Shown one piece after another: positions 1 through 14,459 of a stretch of DNA of 64,000 nt. This DNA comes from Octopus vulgaris. Its lineage: Eukaryota. The translations under genes and the position numbers were made by a program. The stretch covers positions 59,954,001-60,018,000 of the forward strand of contig OX597832.1 in assembly GCA_951406725.2 (NCBI GenBank), written 5' to 3'. The first letter of the stretch is position 1, and the number at the start of each line of letters is the position of its first letter. Below the pieces are notes generated by a model, which worked only from the letters and a program-made list of their open reading frames with translations, was not told where the DNA came from and did no database searches.

Positions 1-86
<86 letters not shown>

Positions 87-374
87 GGTGTAAATGTATA
101 TAGAGATATGAAGAGAACGTATAGGTTAACGTATTTATTTAGAGTCTAATCAGTGTTCCTCAGGTACACGTGCTAATCAGTCCCAAGAGCTCGATGGCTT
201 CTAATTATGCGATGAAGGTAAATGAGTAATAAGTTCCATTGACTCAAGAGAGCTTGTACATACATAAAACACTCATATACGCACATGTATATGCACATAT
301 ATAGAGAGAGCGATAAATATGTATATATATATATATATAATTTTTTTATTCTCTCTGTTTATTTCCTCGTGTTC

Positions 375-498
375 CTTTGTGTTGGAGAGCGAAGGATCGA
401 AACATAAAAGACTTTCACACCTTCCCGGGCATCAAACTAATACACCTGCTTGTTGTTTATACACCTGTCCTCATCTTTTGTTTTTCTGTAAATTTCAA

Positions 499-500
<2 letters not shown>
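375..500 (+). mobile_element. Penelope-like terminal-repeat fragment with decayed hammerhead (CUGUUGA family)
   Basis: Homologous to 35844-35970 and 60290-60430; motif CTTT GTGTTGG A GAGC GAAG GATC GAAAC ATA AAAG; flanked by (TA)n. Confidence 0.5.
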
Positions 501-557
<57 letters not shown>

Positions 558-950
558 AGGCGCAGGAGTGGCTCTGTGGTAAGTAGCTTGCTTACCAGCC
601 ACACAGTTCCAGGTTCAGTCCCACTACATGGCACCTTGGGCAAATCTCTTCTACTATAGATATGGGCCCAGCAAAGCCTTGTGAGTAGATTTGGTAGACG
701 GAAACTGAAAAAAGCCCGTCGTATCTATGTATATGTGTGTGTTTGTGTGTATGTGTTTGTCGCCCCCGAGCATCGCCTGATAACCGAACGTGGTGTGTTT
801 ACGTCCACGTAACTTAGTGGTTCGGAAAAGGTTACCGATAGAATAAGTACTAGGCTTACAAGGAATAAGTCCTGGGGTCGATTTGCGCGACTAAAGGCCT
901 TGTTCGAGAATGGCCGCAGTCAAATGACTGAAACAAACAAAAGAAAGAGA
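558..950 (+). mobile_element. SINE family A, near full length (tRNA-like head, internal microsatellite, AAAG-type tail)
   Basis: Head AGGCGCAGGAGTGGCTCTGTGGTAAG (A-box-like) and GGTTCAGTCCC (B-box-like); body matches >15 other copies in the window; ends CAGTCAAATGACTGAAACAA plus A-rich tail. Confidence 0.85.
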
Positions 951-1387
951 AGAAAAGAATAAAAAAAGAATATATACATGTGTGTGCAGGGGTCAGTGTC
1001 TAGTTCTATGGCGAAGGGGCTGACTCAATATTAGGACTGCATGCTAACCAGACGCTCTTCGACGTTGCAGTGAATGGATCCTGCGGCAGTGAACTGCACA
1101 CCCTCCGTGGTATATAACTTATACACAGCGACACATGTGTGTATATATATGTGTGTGCCTGTACGTGTGTGTGGGGGAGCGAAAGAAGAGAGAGAGAGAG
1201 AGAGAAAAAAAAAAGAAAGAGAAAGAAAAAAAGAGAGGTGTGTGGGAGGAGAGGCAGGTTATCACAAATGGTACGTGCATTAATACAGAGAACTATATAT
1301 AGATATATTGGTGGAAACACACGCAGCTGGATAGGTACAGTGTATATATATATATACATATATATACATACATACATATACATATAT

Positions 1388-1472
<85 letters not shown>

Positions 1473-1990
1473 GGTAAATATATTCGGATATACAAATATA
1501 GGAATATATACATGCATACATATATACACATATATATCCACACACACACACACACACACACGCACACATGCACACACGCACACACACACATATATATATA
1601 TATATTCACACACACACACACACACACAAACGGAGAGAAAGGAGGTAGGAGAGGAGACGCAAAGCAAGAGAGACAAAAATTAAGGTTACTGCCAATTGTA
1701 GTTATTGAGTGCTAAACTGGTTTAACGACTGGAAGAGCCAATCTCGTCCAATAAAAATTCATTTACATTCGCTGATGTTCGTATTATTTGCCTTATTGTT
1801 GTCGTTGTTATTTTTGTCGCAGCCATAAACGCTGTTTTTTTTTCATTATTTATATTCTTTCTTATTTTCATTCTATATATAATTTTTATTGATTCCTGAT
1901 TTTTATTTATATGTTTTTTCTTTCAGTTTTATTTTTTTGCGTTATTTTTCGTTTCTGTATATTTTTCGTTCTTTTCTTTCCTTCTTCTAT

Positions 1991-2190
1991 TTGTTTCAAT
2001 CATATTGACTGCGGCCATGGTGGGGCACTCACTGCTTTTAGTCGAACAAATCGATCCCCAGGATTTATTCTTTGTAAGCCTAGTACTTATTCTTTCGGTT
2101 TCTTTCTGTCGAACCGCTAAGTTACGGGGACGTAAACACAGCAGCATCGGTTGTCAAGCGATGGTGGGGGGACAAACACAGACGCACACA
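1991..2190 (-). mobile_element. SINE family A, 3' half
   Basis: Reverse complement of the family A 3' half (GACTGCGGCCATG...TTCTTTGTAAGCCTAGTACTTATTC...GGGGACAAACACAGAC). Confidence 0.8.
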
Positions 2191-2331
2191 TATGTATATA
2201 TTTATATTCTATATGTATATATATATCTATCTATATATATATATATATATATATATCAAATGTGACCGCGTGTGTACCGTTGGCGATTTTTTTCCTCCGT
2301 CTTCCCTTATTTGGATCTTTCCTTTTCCTAT

Positions 2332-2366
2332 GTTTCTGACGAAGAACTCCGCTCGAAACGTTAAAT
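2332..2366 (+). ncRNA. Minimal type I hammerhead ribozyme motif within a ~210 bp Penelope-like fragment (2258-2470)
   Basis: GTTT-CTGACGA-A-GAAC TCC GCTC-GAAAC-GTT-AAAT: both conserved core boxes, stem I GUUU/AAAU, stem II with one mismatch, palindromic ACGU stem III. Confidence 0.65.
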
Positions 2367-2500
2367 CCTCCTTCTTTCTTTCCTTTTCTGAGCGTCCAAT
2401 AACACTATACTTGTTCCACGTCCTCGCGTTGTTGTGTTTTCTCTTATGTTTTCATGTTTGGATTAACTATATTCTCTTTCTCTCTCTCTCTTACTCTTTT

Positions 2501-2702
2501 ACTCTTTTACTTATTTCAGTCATTTGACTGCGGCCATGCTGGGGAACTGCCTTTAGTCGATCAAATCGACCCCAGGACTTATTCTTTGTAAGCCCAGTAC
2601 TTATTCTATTGGTCTCTTTTTCCGAACCGCTAAGTGACGGGGACGTAAACACAGCAGCATCGGTTGTCAAGCAATGCTAGGGGGACAAACACAGACACAC
2701 AA

Positions 2703-2735
<33 letters not shown>

Positions 2736-2904
2736 CATATATACGACAGGCTTCTTTCAGTTTCCGTCTACCAAATCCACTCACAAGGCATTGGTTGGCC
2801 CGGGGTTATAGCAGAAGACACTTACCCAAGGTGCCACGCAGTGGGACTGAACCCGCAACCATGTGGTTGGTTAGCAAGCTACTTACCACACAGCCACTCC
2901 TACG

Positions 2905-2907
<3 letters not shown>
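2501..2907 (-). mobile_element. SINE family A, full length
   Basis: Complete reverse-complement copy with internal (CA)/(TA) tract; a second 5' half follows at about 2936-3092. Confidence 0.9.
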
Positions 2908-2937
<30 letters not shown>

Positions 2938-3411
2938 GACGGGATTCTTTCAGTTTCCGTCTGCCAAATCCACTCAGAAGGCTTTGGTTGGCCCGAGTCT
3001 ACAGTAGAAGACATTTTCCCAAGGTGCCATGCAGTGGGACTGAACCTGAGACCATGTGGTTGGGAAGCAAGCTACTTACCACACACCCACACCTTTTCAT
3101 CCAGTTTCATTTTATATGATTTTATCTCTCTAATTCGATATAGTTACTCAGATTGTTTTTTGCAACACGTCTTTGTACGTCATCTCTTTCTAACCCTTGT
3201 GGCAAATAAAAAGTGAATTATACTTCAGGGTTAGCATGAAAGTTATTAGTATTCGTTTCTAAGTTTAGTACAAGGCCTCTAGTTTTTTTTCCCCCACCAG
3301 GGTGTTAGGCTGACGATAACCTCGACCCCGAAAGGATGAAAGACGAAGTCGAACACAGCAGAAATTGAACTCAGATGGTAAAAACGAAAGAAATGCTCCT
3401 AAGCATTATAC

Positions 3412-3719
3412 CAGTGGTTCCCAAATTATGCCCCCCACCCTTGATGGGGGGTGGGAGTTCCGAGGGGGCATTGAAGAAAAGTGGAGTGATAATGGGGTAG
3501 TGATTCATGTAAAAATTGGGTCCAGAATGGGGGAGCGATTCCTATAAAAACAACAAAATAATGGGTTCATTATGTAAAGTTTTATTTGTGAAATACTTTT
3601 GCTTTGAATTTGGTTCAGAAAGAGGTCTATGGGTGTGAAGATTAGTTGGGGTGGGGGCGCTACGAATGTGGCATGCGTGTCAAGGGGGCGGCAGCTCGAA
3701 AAAGGTTTGGGAACCACAG
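3412..3719. mobile_element. hAT-superfamily MITE inserted in a decayed SINE B
   Basis: TIRs CAGTGGTTCCCAAA / TTTGGGAACCACAG; 8-bp TSD CATTATAC (3404-3411) / CATTATAA (3720-3727). Confidence 0.8.
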
Positions 3720-3769
3720 CATTATAATATTAGTTTCAAACTTTTGCTATAGAGCCAGCAATATCTGGG

Positions 3770-4175
3770 TGAGATAAATCGATTATATCGACCCCGGTGT
3801 TCATCTGGTACTGATTTCACCGACCCAAAAGGAAGAAAGACAAAGTCGACCACGGTAACATTTGAACACAGAACGTAAAGGGATGGAGGAAATGCCACAA
3901 GCATTTTTGTCTGAAGTGCAAACGATTCTGCTTTGTATTATTGTTTCTAATATTCTTTCACCTATGGACACAAGGCCTGAGATTTTGTCGGAGACGGCTG
4001 GTAGTCGATTACATCGCCTCTATTATTGAATTGGTTTTTATCATTTTCCCGACTCTAAAATTATGAATGACAAAGTCGACCTCAGTGGAATTTTGAATTC
4101 AAAACATAAAGACGGATGAAATACTGCGTAGCATTTTGCCCGGCGTGCTAACGATTCTGCCAGATCGCCGCCTTC
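3770..4175 (-). mobile_element. Two decayed SINE family B copies
   Basis: Diverged matches to family B core GAAAGGATGAAAGGCAAAGTCGACCTCGGCGGAATTTGAACTCAGAAC. Confidence 0.7.
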
Positions 4176-4270
4176 AATTATTACTATTAATATTTTAGTA
4201 CATTTTCAAGGCGGTGGACTGGCTGAAACATTAGTACGCCGGCCAAAATGCGTAGCAGCATTTCGAGGAG

Positions 4271-4319
<49 letters not shown>

Positions 4320-4344
4320 GACAGGCTTCCGCATAGTTTCTGAT

Positions 4345-4748
4345 TTCTTTACTACCCACAAGGGGCTAAACACAGAGAGGACAAACAAGGACAGACAAAC
4401 AGATTAAGTCGATTATACGACTCCAGTGCGTAACTGGTACTTATTTAATCGACCCCGAAAGGATGAAAGGCAAAGTCGACCTCGGTAGAATTTGAACTCA
4501 GAACGTAACGGCAGACAAAATACCTATTTCTTTACTACCCACAAGGGGCTAAACACAGAGAGGACAGACAAAAGGATTAAGTCGATTATATCGACCCCAG
4601 TGCGTAACTGGTACTTATTTAATCGACCCCGAAAGGATGAAACGCAAAGTCGACCTCGGCGGAATTTGAACTCAGAACGTAGCGGCAGACGAAATACGGC
4701 TACGCATTTCGCCCGGCTTACTAACGTTTCTTGCCAGTTCGCCGCCTT
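4345..4748 (-). mobile_element. SINE family B, tandem pair (partial plus full)
   Basis: Two adjacent near-identical units TTTCTTTACTACCCACAAGGGGCTAAAC...GAACTCAGAACGTA; central segment GCCTTTCATCCTTTCGGGGTCGAT resembles the Deu/Nin SINE central domain (from memory); an opposite-strand head lies at 4208-4265. Confidence 0.85.
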
Positions 4749-5099
4749 AATTTAGTTACTGTCAACCTGTCCACATAGTTTTGTCTTCATAGTTTCTGTC
4801 AACCAAATTCACTCCCAAGTGATTGGTCGCTTCGGGGTTCACAATGGAAGACACTTGCGCAAGGTGCTACGTATCTGAACTGGACCGGAAACCACGTGGC
4901 TTGTACCATCTCGCTCTGGTTATCAGAGTGCTTGGCAACTGTTATTGGTTTGTTTTCTTCCTTGTAACTTAGCAGCTCGGCAAAACTAACACATCGAATA
5001 TATACTACACATTAATATATATATATATATATATTAACACACACAAACATATATATATACATACATATATAATGTGTGCATATTTGTGAGTGTGTCTGT

Positions 5100-5292
5100 G
5101 TTTATCTCCCCCACCATCGCTTGTCAACCGGTGTTGGTGTGTTTACATCCCCCTAACTTAGCGGTTCGGCAAAAGAGACCGGATAGAATAGGTGCTAAGC
5201 TTACAAAGAATATAAGTCCTATGGTCAATTTATTCGCCTAAAAGGCGGTGCTCCAGCATGGCCGCATTCAAATGACTGAAACAAGTAAAAGA
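5100..5292 (+). mobile_element. SINE family A, 3' half
   Basis: CCCCACCATCGCTTG...AAGGCGGTGCTCCAGCATGGCCGCA...GACTGAAACAAGTAAAAGA. Confidence 0.8.
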
Positions 5293-5707
5293 ATTTTTAA
5301 ACTGTGTAAGCGCTGAGGTAGAGTTCTTCGACGAAATCCTAGAATATGGTACTGCAGCATGGCCGCAAATCACTGACTGAAACTTGTAAAAGACAATAGA
5401 TTTTTGTTTCACGGTAAGGAAGATTTCTAAGCATGGAAGAAGAATGTATGGAATTTAGAGGAAAATGGTTTTATTGGTGGGTAGATTTAATAAACCATTA
5501 TGAAAGGTTATTGTTCCTTGGTGTGTGAACTTTGGGGGATTTTCTGAATATCACAGCTTGTAGTGAAATGAAACGTCTGAAAAAGTAGTCGGCTTGATGT
5601 CTACGTTGATGCGACTCGGTTCATATCAGGTATATGATTAAGGTCGTTGAATATATTAAAAGAAATCGTGAGAGACCTGCAACACGCCTATGCATACATA
5701 TGCAAGC

Positions 5708-6110
<403 letters not shown>

Positions 6111-6602
6111 GTACAGACACATACAGACACACGTACATGCATGAAATACGTGTGCTTAAGAAGATTATTAATATATTAACATATATATGTGTGTGTGTGT
6201 GTAGTTATAAATATATTAAAGTATTTGTATTGTTATAAATATATTAACATATTTCCATTTATTATAAATATATTAACACATATATGCTAATTACATGAAT
6301 ATATTAACATACAAATAGAAAGCTTCCCAATGGTGAACTGCATATCTTTTGTCGTTCTTTTACATGTCTCAATCTCTGTACTACGGTGACACTGGGGTGT
6401 TTTGTAGGCCTCTACTGCTGAAACGAAACACTATGTTACGGTCACGTAAACAAACCAGCACCGGTTGTCTCGCGGTGAGTAGCAAACAGACCCAAATATG
6501 TTCACATACATACATACATACATACATTCATACATAAATATATACATACATACATTCATACATACATACATATAGACATACATAGGCACATACATACATA
6601 CA

Positions 6603-6634
<32 letters not shown>

Positions 6635-6738
6635 GACATACATACGCACATACATACATACATACATGCATACATACATACATACATCCATACATACATA
6701 CATACATTCATACATACATACATACATACATACATACA

Positions 6739-6773
<35 letters not shown>

Positions 6774-7714
6774 GTGCGTTTGTGTGTATGTACTCACACG
6801 GTGAAACAAAAGACACGCACCAAATAAGTTCAATAGTCTTTGGAATTGTAAAAGTCATGCTTCTGTTTTTTCTAAAACAGAATAAAATAAAATAAATAAT
6901 TAATATACATCGTTGTTATTATGTTAAACTGTTGTATGTCGAAATTTGGCCAAATGCGTTTTTTGTTTTTTTTCAATATTTAATTTTGCTTGCAATAGTC
7001 GGTTCTTTTGGTCAAACTATCGTATCTCCAGCTGCTTCTCATGCCAAGATATCAAAAATTTTCAAAGTGTAGTACAAAGGTTTACTATGGAATGGTGAAA
7101 CTATTTTTTCGTTTTCTGAAAAAGCAGCATTTTGGACTTACGACACTTTTGCATAATAGCTACGACATGAACTTGTTACATGATGGACAAAATTAATAAT
7201 AATAATAATGATAATAATGAAAATAGTAATAATTAATTCTTTTATTGCAATAATAATAATAACAATAATAATAATAATAATAATAATAACTACAACAACA
7301 ACAGCAACAACAACAACAACAACAAAAACAACAATGATAATAATAATAATAATAATAGTTTCAAATTTCGGGAAAAGGCTATCAAATTCGGAGGAGGGGC
7401 TAAGTCGATTACATTGACCCACAGTTCAAATGGCATTTATTTTATCGACCCTGAAAAGATAAAAGGCGAAATTTCAACTCAGTTTAAGCGTAAAGACGGA
7501 CAATATTCCGCCAAGCATTTTGCCCGGCGTTCTAAAGATTCTGCCCGCTCACCATAATTGTGATTTCAAATTTGAGCACATGGCCAGTTTCGAGGAAGGG
7601 ACCCTAAGAATAATAACCAAAGAGGGACCATAAAAATAATATAAATATAATATCAAGTGTTTTGGTGCGTGACTTTTGGCCACCATGCAAAGATGTGTGT
7701 GTGCGTGTGTAAAT

Positions 7715-7778
<64 letters not shown>

Positions 7779-7983
7779 GTATATTTACATATATATTACA
7801 TATATGCATATACACACACACGCATACACATGCACAAACAAATACACAGACATATGTTAGTGCATATATGTATGTGTCTTTAGGCTTGTGTTTGCTCCTC
7901 ACCGCGTGATAATCGGTGTTCGTTTGTTTACGTTACCTTAATATAGAGGTTCACTTCGGCAGAAGAGACCTACAGAACACCTC

Positions 7984-8470
<487 letters not shown>

Positions 8471-8515
8471 AATTTTACATACATACATGCATACGTACAA
8501 ACAACCATATATATA

Positions 8516-8551
<36 letters not shown>

Positions 8552-9426
8552 TGTATGTATGTATGTATGTATGTATGCTTGCATGTATGTATGTATGTAT
8601 GTATGTATGTATGTATGTATGTATGTATGTATGTATGTATGTATGTATGTACGTATGTATATATACGTATACATATACGATTGACTCCTACGCAGTTTCT
8701 GTCTACCATATTCACTCACAAAGCATTGCTCCTCGCGGAAGTTTAACATAAAACTTGCTTAATGCGTTGTGAAACTGAAATGGAAAAGCCTTGGCCACTA
8801 CGGGAGGTTTTGAAACACACAGCTATGCATGCAATCACGTATACATATATGTATGCACATGCATACACTCGTATATACTCACGCTTATATAAACACTTCT
8901 ACGTAAATTAATTGCAATACTTATTTTATTTTTTTTTAGAGATAGAGATAAAAATCTACCTCGATTGAATAAAACGCAGACACTTACACAAAGATTCTAG
9001 AATTTTTCAAGTTTATTTAAGATTTATTCCAAGATTTCTCAACACCTAGCGTCGCGTTTCTGAAATTATTCCTTTCCGCGACGCATCTTTTTGAGTATTA
9101 AAGATTTTCTTAATTTTTCTAATGCATTATTAGTACGTTTGAAGCTTTAAAACACTGAAAACAGCCATTTTATAACTTGTTGTTTTTTTTTTGTTGCTTT
9201 AACGAGGCACTTCAAGATGGAAATCTTGTAAATTATGGGCGGACTGGATATTGAAAGTTAGAATTACTAGATAGTTTAGAGACGGTAGAGATCAGGAGAA
9301 GAGCGAAGTAGAGAAGGGGAAGCATACTTATCATAAATAATCAACGACCATTCTATACACACATACAAACACATGATAGAGTATGATTTTTGTTGACCGT
9401 ACTAACAACAGAAAATTATATATATA

Positions 9427-9588
9427 AGCGTAGGAGTGACTGTGTGGTAAGCAGCTTGCTTACAAACCACATGGTTCCGAGTTCAGTCCCATTGCGTGAC
9501 ACCTTGGGCAAGTGTCTTCTACTATAGCCTCGGATCGATCAAAGACTTGTGAGTGGATTTGGTAGACGGAAACTGAAAAAGCCTGTCG

Positions 9589-9620
<32 letters not shown>

Positions 9621-9820
9621 TGTATGCGCGTGAGCGTGTGTGTTGTCCCGCCACCATCCCTTGACAGCCAATCTTGGTGTGTTTATGTCCCCGTAAATGA
9701 AACCGATAGAATAACTACTAGGCTTATAAAGAATAAGTCCTGGGGTTGATTTATTCGACTAAAGGCGGTGCTCCAAGATGGCAACAGTCAACTGACTGAA
9801 ACAAATAAATGAATAAAAGA
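9427..9820 (+). mobile_element. SINE family A
   Basis: Head, (TATG)n centre and 3' half match family A. Confidence 0.85.
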
Positions 9821-11005
9821 ATATATATATATATATATATTTATATATATCAGGTCTGTTGTGCTGACATTTTATTGAGGTTGGCTCCCCGTTGTATTGC
9901 GAGCAGTGTTGGGCGGTTTATGCTCCTGCAACTTAGCAGTTGGTAACTGGTGACGCGATAGAGTAAATACCATACTTCAAAAACGAGAACTTAGTTTAAT
10001 TTCTTCGACCAGATGCTTGAAGGCAATGCCCAAACATGACCGCAGTCCACTTACTGAAACAAGTAAGCGACAAGAGATAGAATTATGACCGTTTATGGAC
10101 ATATCTGCGAATACATACATACATACATACATACATACATACATACATACATACATACATACATACATACGTACATACATACACACGTACATACATACAC
10201 ACACTTGCATACACACACACACATACATTTTTACATACATACTTAGACACATACACACACATACATACAGACAGATTCACACACACATATACATGCATAT
10301 ATACATACACGCACACATAGATATATACATACACCGACAGACACGTACATGCATACATACACAAATATACATATACATATACACAAGTGTGTGTCTGTAT
10401 TTGTGCGTGTGTGTGTGTGTGTCTGTCTGTGTGTGTGTGTCTGTGTCTGTGTATGGAATTGCGTATACTTATGCCATGGAACTGGGTATCGGTGGCCAGG
10501 TGTAGTTCTGTATCTAGAAATGTAAACGCCCTCCACCCCAACCCCACATTCTACATATCCAGAAATATGTCTAAATATGAATATTAAACACCTCGCCAAG
10601 TTGCTCATTAACTTGCTTAATTTCTTAAGGTTGCGTAACCCAATGAAAAGAAAATCACGATTCATGATGCTGATTGTTGTAAGGGGCCCTTGAAGTAGGA
10701 AATTGTCTAAAGATGACGAATCGTCTTTAATTTAATTTTGTTGTATACATCAAACCCAACGAACTGTTAAAACATTCATTCCACTGGAAAACAAACTGAC
10801 GGCCCGATTACTACATATACTTGCATACATACATACATACATACATACATACATACATACATACATACATACATACATGCATACATACATACATGCATAC
10901 ATACATACATATATATATATATAAAAACACATATAGATATACATATATTTAAATATACATATATACATATATATATAATCATACATATATATACATATAT
11001 ACATA

Positions 11006-11069
<64 letters not shown>

Positions 11070-11313
11070 TATATATAGAGAGAGATACATTTATATACAT
11101 ATATATATTTATAAAAATATATATAATATTATGTAATAATGATATTATGTAACGTTGTATAATGTACGAATATATTTATGTAAATATGCATATATTTGTA
11201 TGATACATATATGTATTTGCATACACTCACACAAGCACACACATACATATGAATAGCCGTGTACGGGTGCATGTGTGTTTACTATTACTACGAGTACTAT
11301 TACGACTACTATT

Positions 11314-11329
11314 AAGAAGAAGAAGAAGA

Positions 11330-11407
<78 letters not shown>

Positions 11408-11545
11408 TACGAGAAGAAGAAGAAGAAGAAGAAGAAGAAGAAGAAGAAGAAGAAGAAGAAGAAGAAGAAGAAGAAGAAGAAGAAGAAGAAGAAGAAGAAG
11501 AAGAAGAAGAAGAAGAAGAAGAAGAAGAAGAAAAAAAGAAGAAGA
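11314..11545. repeat. Compound (AGA)n-(TAG)n-(GAA)n microsatellite
   Basis: Direct reading; pure GAA tract of about 40 units. Confidence 0.95.
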
Positions 11546-11843
11546 ATATAATACCGTTTACCAATTACTTCTGTCTGGGCACCCACTCACATACGCACAC
11601 AGACACTATCTATGAGGGTGTGTAACTGGACGCGTGCATGTATTCGCGCGCGTAATTGTCTGGTTACGGATGTGTGTTTGTGAATATACGTTTATTTATA
11701 GAGAGAAACGGAGAGAGACAGAAAGAGAGAGAAACTGCGTGTTAGCAGGGGGAGACAAAATAAACAAAACAAACACATGAACGTATACAAACACACACAC
11801 ACATACATACATACATACATACATACATACATACATACATACA

Positions 11844-11879
<36 letters not shown>

Positions 11880-11944
11880 TTTGTAAGTTTATAGATAGAT
11901 AGATAGATAGATATAGAGATATAGATTTAGATATATTTGTATGC

Positions 11945-11982
<38 letters not shown>

Positions 11983-12009
11983 ATGTGTGTGTGCATATGT
12001 ATATATATA

Positions 12010-12106
12010 TAGTTGTTAATCCAAACAAGAAAACACAAAAAAACACAGCAACGCGAGGACGTGGAACAAATAAAGTATTATTGGACGCTCAGGAAAGAAG
12101 GGAAGA
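12010..12106 (-). mobile_element. Fragment of the same Penelope-like family as 2258-2470 (without the ribozyme part)
   Basis: Reverse complement matches 2375-2470 (CTGAGCGTCCAATAA...GTTCCACGTCCTCGCGTTG...TTTGGATTAAC); embedded in (TA)n. Confidence 0.7.
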
Positions 12107-12123
12107 ATATATATATATATATG

Positions 12124-12155
<32 letters not shown>

Positions 12156-12191
12156 ATTATATATATATATATATATAAATATATGTATCTG

Positions 12192-12223
<32 letters not shown>

Positions 12224-12359
12224 TATACACACGTAAACAGACGCTCACATAAGCACGTATAAACATGCATATAGACAAACATGCCATCCTTAAGCACTGA
12301 TACATATACACCTGTGAATTTGAGAGTATGCAAATTTTCACTCTCCCTCTACACAAACA

Positions 12360-12412
<53 letters not shown>

Positions 12413-13122
12413 TGCATGCATGCATAATGCATGTATGCATATTATGTGTGTTTACATGTATACATATATGTATGTATGTATTCATGTGTTATGTTATGTG
12501 TGTATACATATATGTGCGTGTGTGTGTGTATGTGAGTGTATGCGAAGAGATACGGAGAAGTGAAAGAGAGTGGAGGCTAGACCAAGAGAGATTTGCGTAA
12601 ATTATATTCTTTACTAATTACATACAGATGTCTGAATTCATCAGGAAAAGAAACCAAACATCTGACACAAAGAAGAAACTGCAAGATAATAGCATGACGG
12701 ACCGAAAGTTTTTTTTACAAGAAAAAAAAGAAAAACAAGGAGAAATGGAGGAAAATAGAAAACAGAGCGAGAGCGAAATTTCGGTTAAATGGCTATACTT
12801 TCGTGAGAAAGTAAGAGGGTGTGAGGATAGGAGAAAAAGAAGCAGAAAGAGGCAGGCGAATAGAGAAGAGAGACTTAGTGCAGTCATGTGTATACCCTTG
12901 AGAAATATGTACTCAGAGAGTACAATGAAGTGGGAGTATGGTAGTGATGTGTGTAATGAGAAAATAATTCATGATTAAAGCGCTGTATATTAGCTTGAGG
13001 AGTATCGAGTGACCGTGGTACCACAGGGAAACAGATGCGAGTGTTGATATTCGTGTACAGGTTTTGCATTATTGAATGAACACGGCTTGTTGTTTTTTCG
13101 TTGTTTGATGATGATGATGATG

Positions 13123-13170
<48 letters not shown>

Positions 13171-13387
13171 GTCCTTTCTATAATAGGTACAAATTTGGGG
13201 GGAGTGGGAGCTGGTCTATTACATCGATCCCCAGTGTTCAACTGGTACTTATTTCTTTTCTATTCTAGGCACAAGGCCCGAAATTTTGGCGGGAGAGGCC
13301 AGTCAAGTAGCTCGACCCCAGTACGCAACTGGTACTTAATTTATTTATCCCGAAAGGATGAGAGGCAAAGTCGACCTCGGCAGAATT

Positions 13388-13468
<81 letters not shown>

Positions 13469-13480
13469 GCAACAACAATA

Positions 13481-13730
13481 AGAGAGTAGGCGTGATACCA
13501 ATAGTAATTGGTGCACTTAGAAGTATCAGCACTCAATTACCAGCATGGTTGAAAAAGATTGGTGCCAGTGTGAAAGTAGAATACTTACAAAAATCATGAT
13601 AGCTTGGAGCTGCAAGAATTCTTCACAGGGTTCTGGAAGCATAACCAGTAAATAAGTATCACCTTAGTCTGCTGGTTGTGGACAGCTGACACTTTCCATC
13701 ATACCCAGCAAAGTAAGCTGAGTTTTCATC
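13481..13730 (+). mobile_element. 3' end of an R4/Dong-like (restriction-like endonuclease) non-LTR retrotransposon
   Basis: Translation RVGVIPIVIGALRSISTQLPAWLKKIGASVKVEYLQKS**LGAARILHRVLEA resembles the R4/Dong C-terminus (VIPIVIGALG...LQK..LLGTARILRKVL); flanked on both sides by (TAA)n. Confidence 0.75.
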
Positions 13731-13731
13731 A

Positions 13732-13795
<64 letters not shown>

Positions 13796-13805
13796 TAATA
13801 ATAAT

Positions 13806-13909
<104 letters not shown>

Positions 13910-13920
13910 TGATGATGATG

Positions 13921-13957
<37 letters not shown>

Positions 13958-14459
13958 TAATAACTGTCCTGATGCAATCCCAGGAATGTATGTGGTTGAT
14001 GAAGATGAATTGGTAAAAGTTGTTAGAACATTGGTTTGAATGTCAGGTAGCATTCGTTTTGATTCTCTGTATTATGAGTTCAAATTCCGTCGAAACCCAG
14101 TTTTGTTTTCATTCTTTCGGGGCTGAAGAAAAAAATTGCTGGAAATTCAAGGTGATGAACAACTTTATTTAGCTGTGTCAGCTCATTAAGTTTCGAGTTC
14201 AAATCCCAATACGATCTACTCTGATTTTAGATTTAATCTATTCCACAGTTCAATACTACTGCCCGCCACCCGGGGTGACTTTAGCATTAGGGTTGGGTCT
14301 TTCAATTGAGAGTACATTCACCAACCATACTGCTTCCTCCCACAAGTTTTGTACGCCTTTATAAAAGGTCATGGGAACTGCTTTTCTCTCCTGACTAAAA
14401 GGTAAAATATTATATGTGAAGGGATGAAATTAATAATGAATTGAAATACACGACAATTA

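Noticed and set aside
3310-3335. CTGACGA...CGAAA motif
   Set aside because: Part of a decayed SINE B; no stem II pairing
12628-12978. 116-aa ORF preceded by an acceptor-like TACTAATTACATACAG
   Set aside because: Purine-rich low-complexity sequence, no recognisable protein, weak polypyrimidine tract
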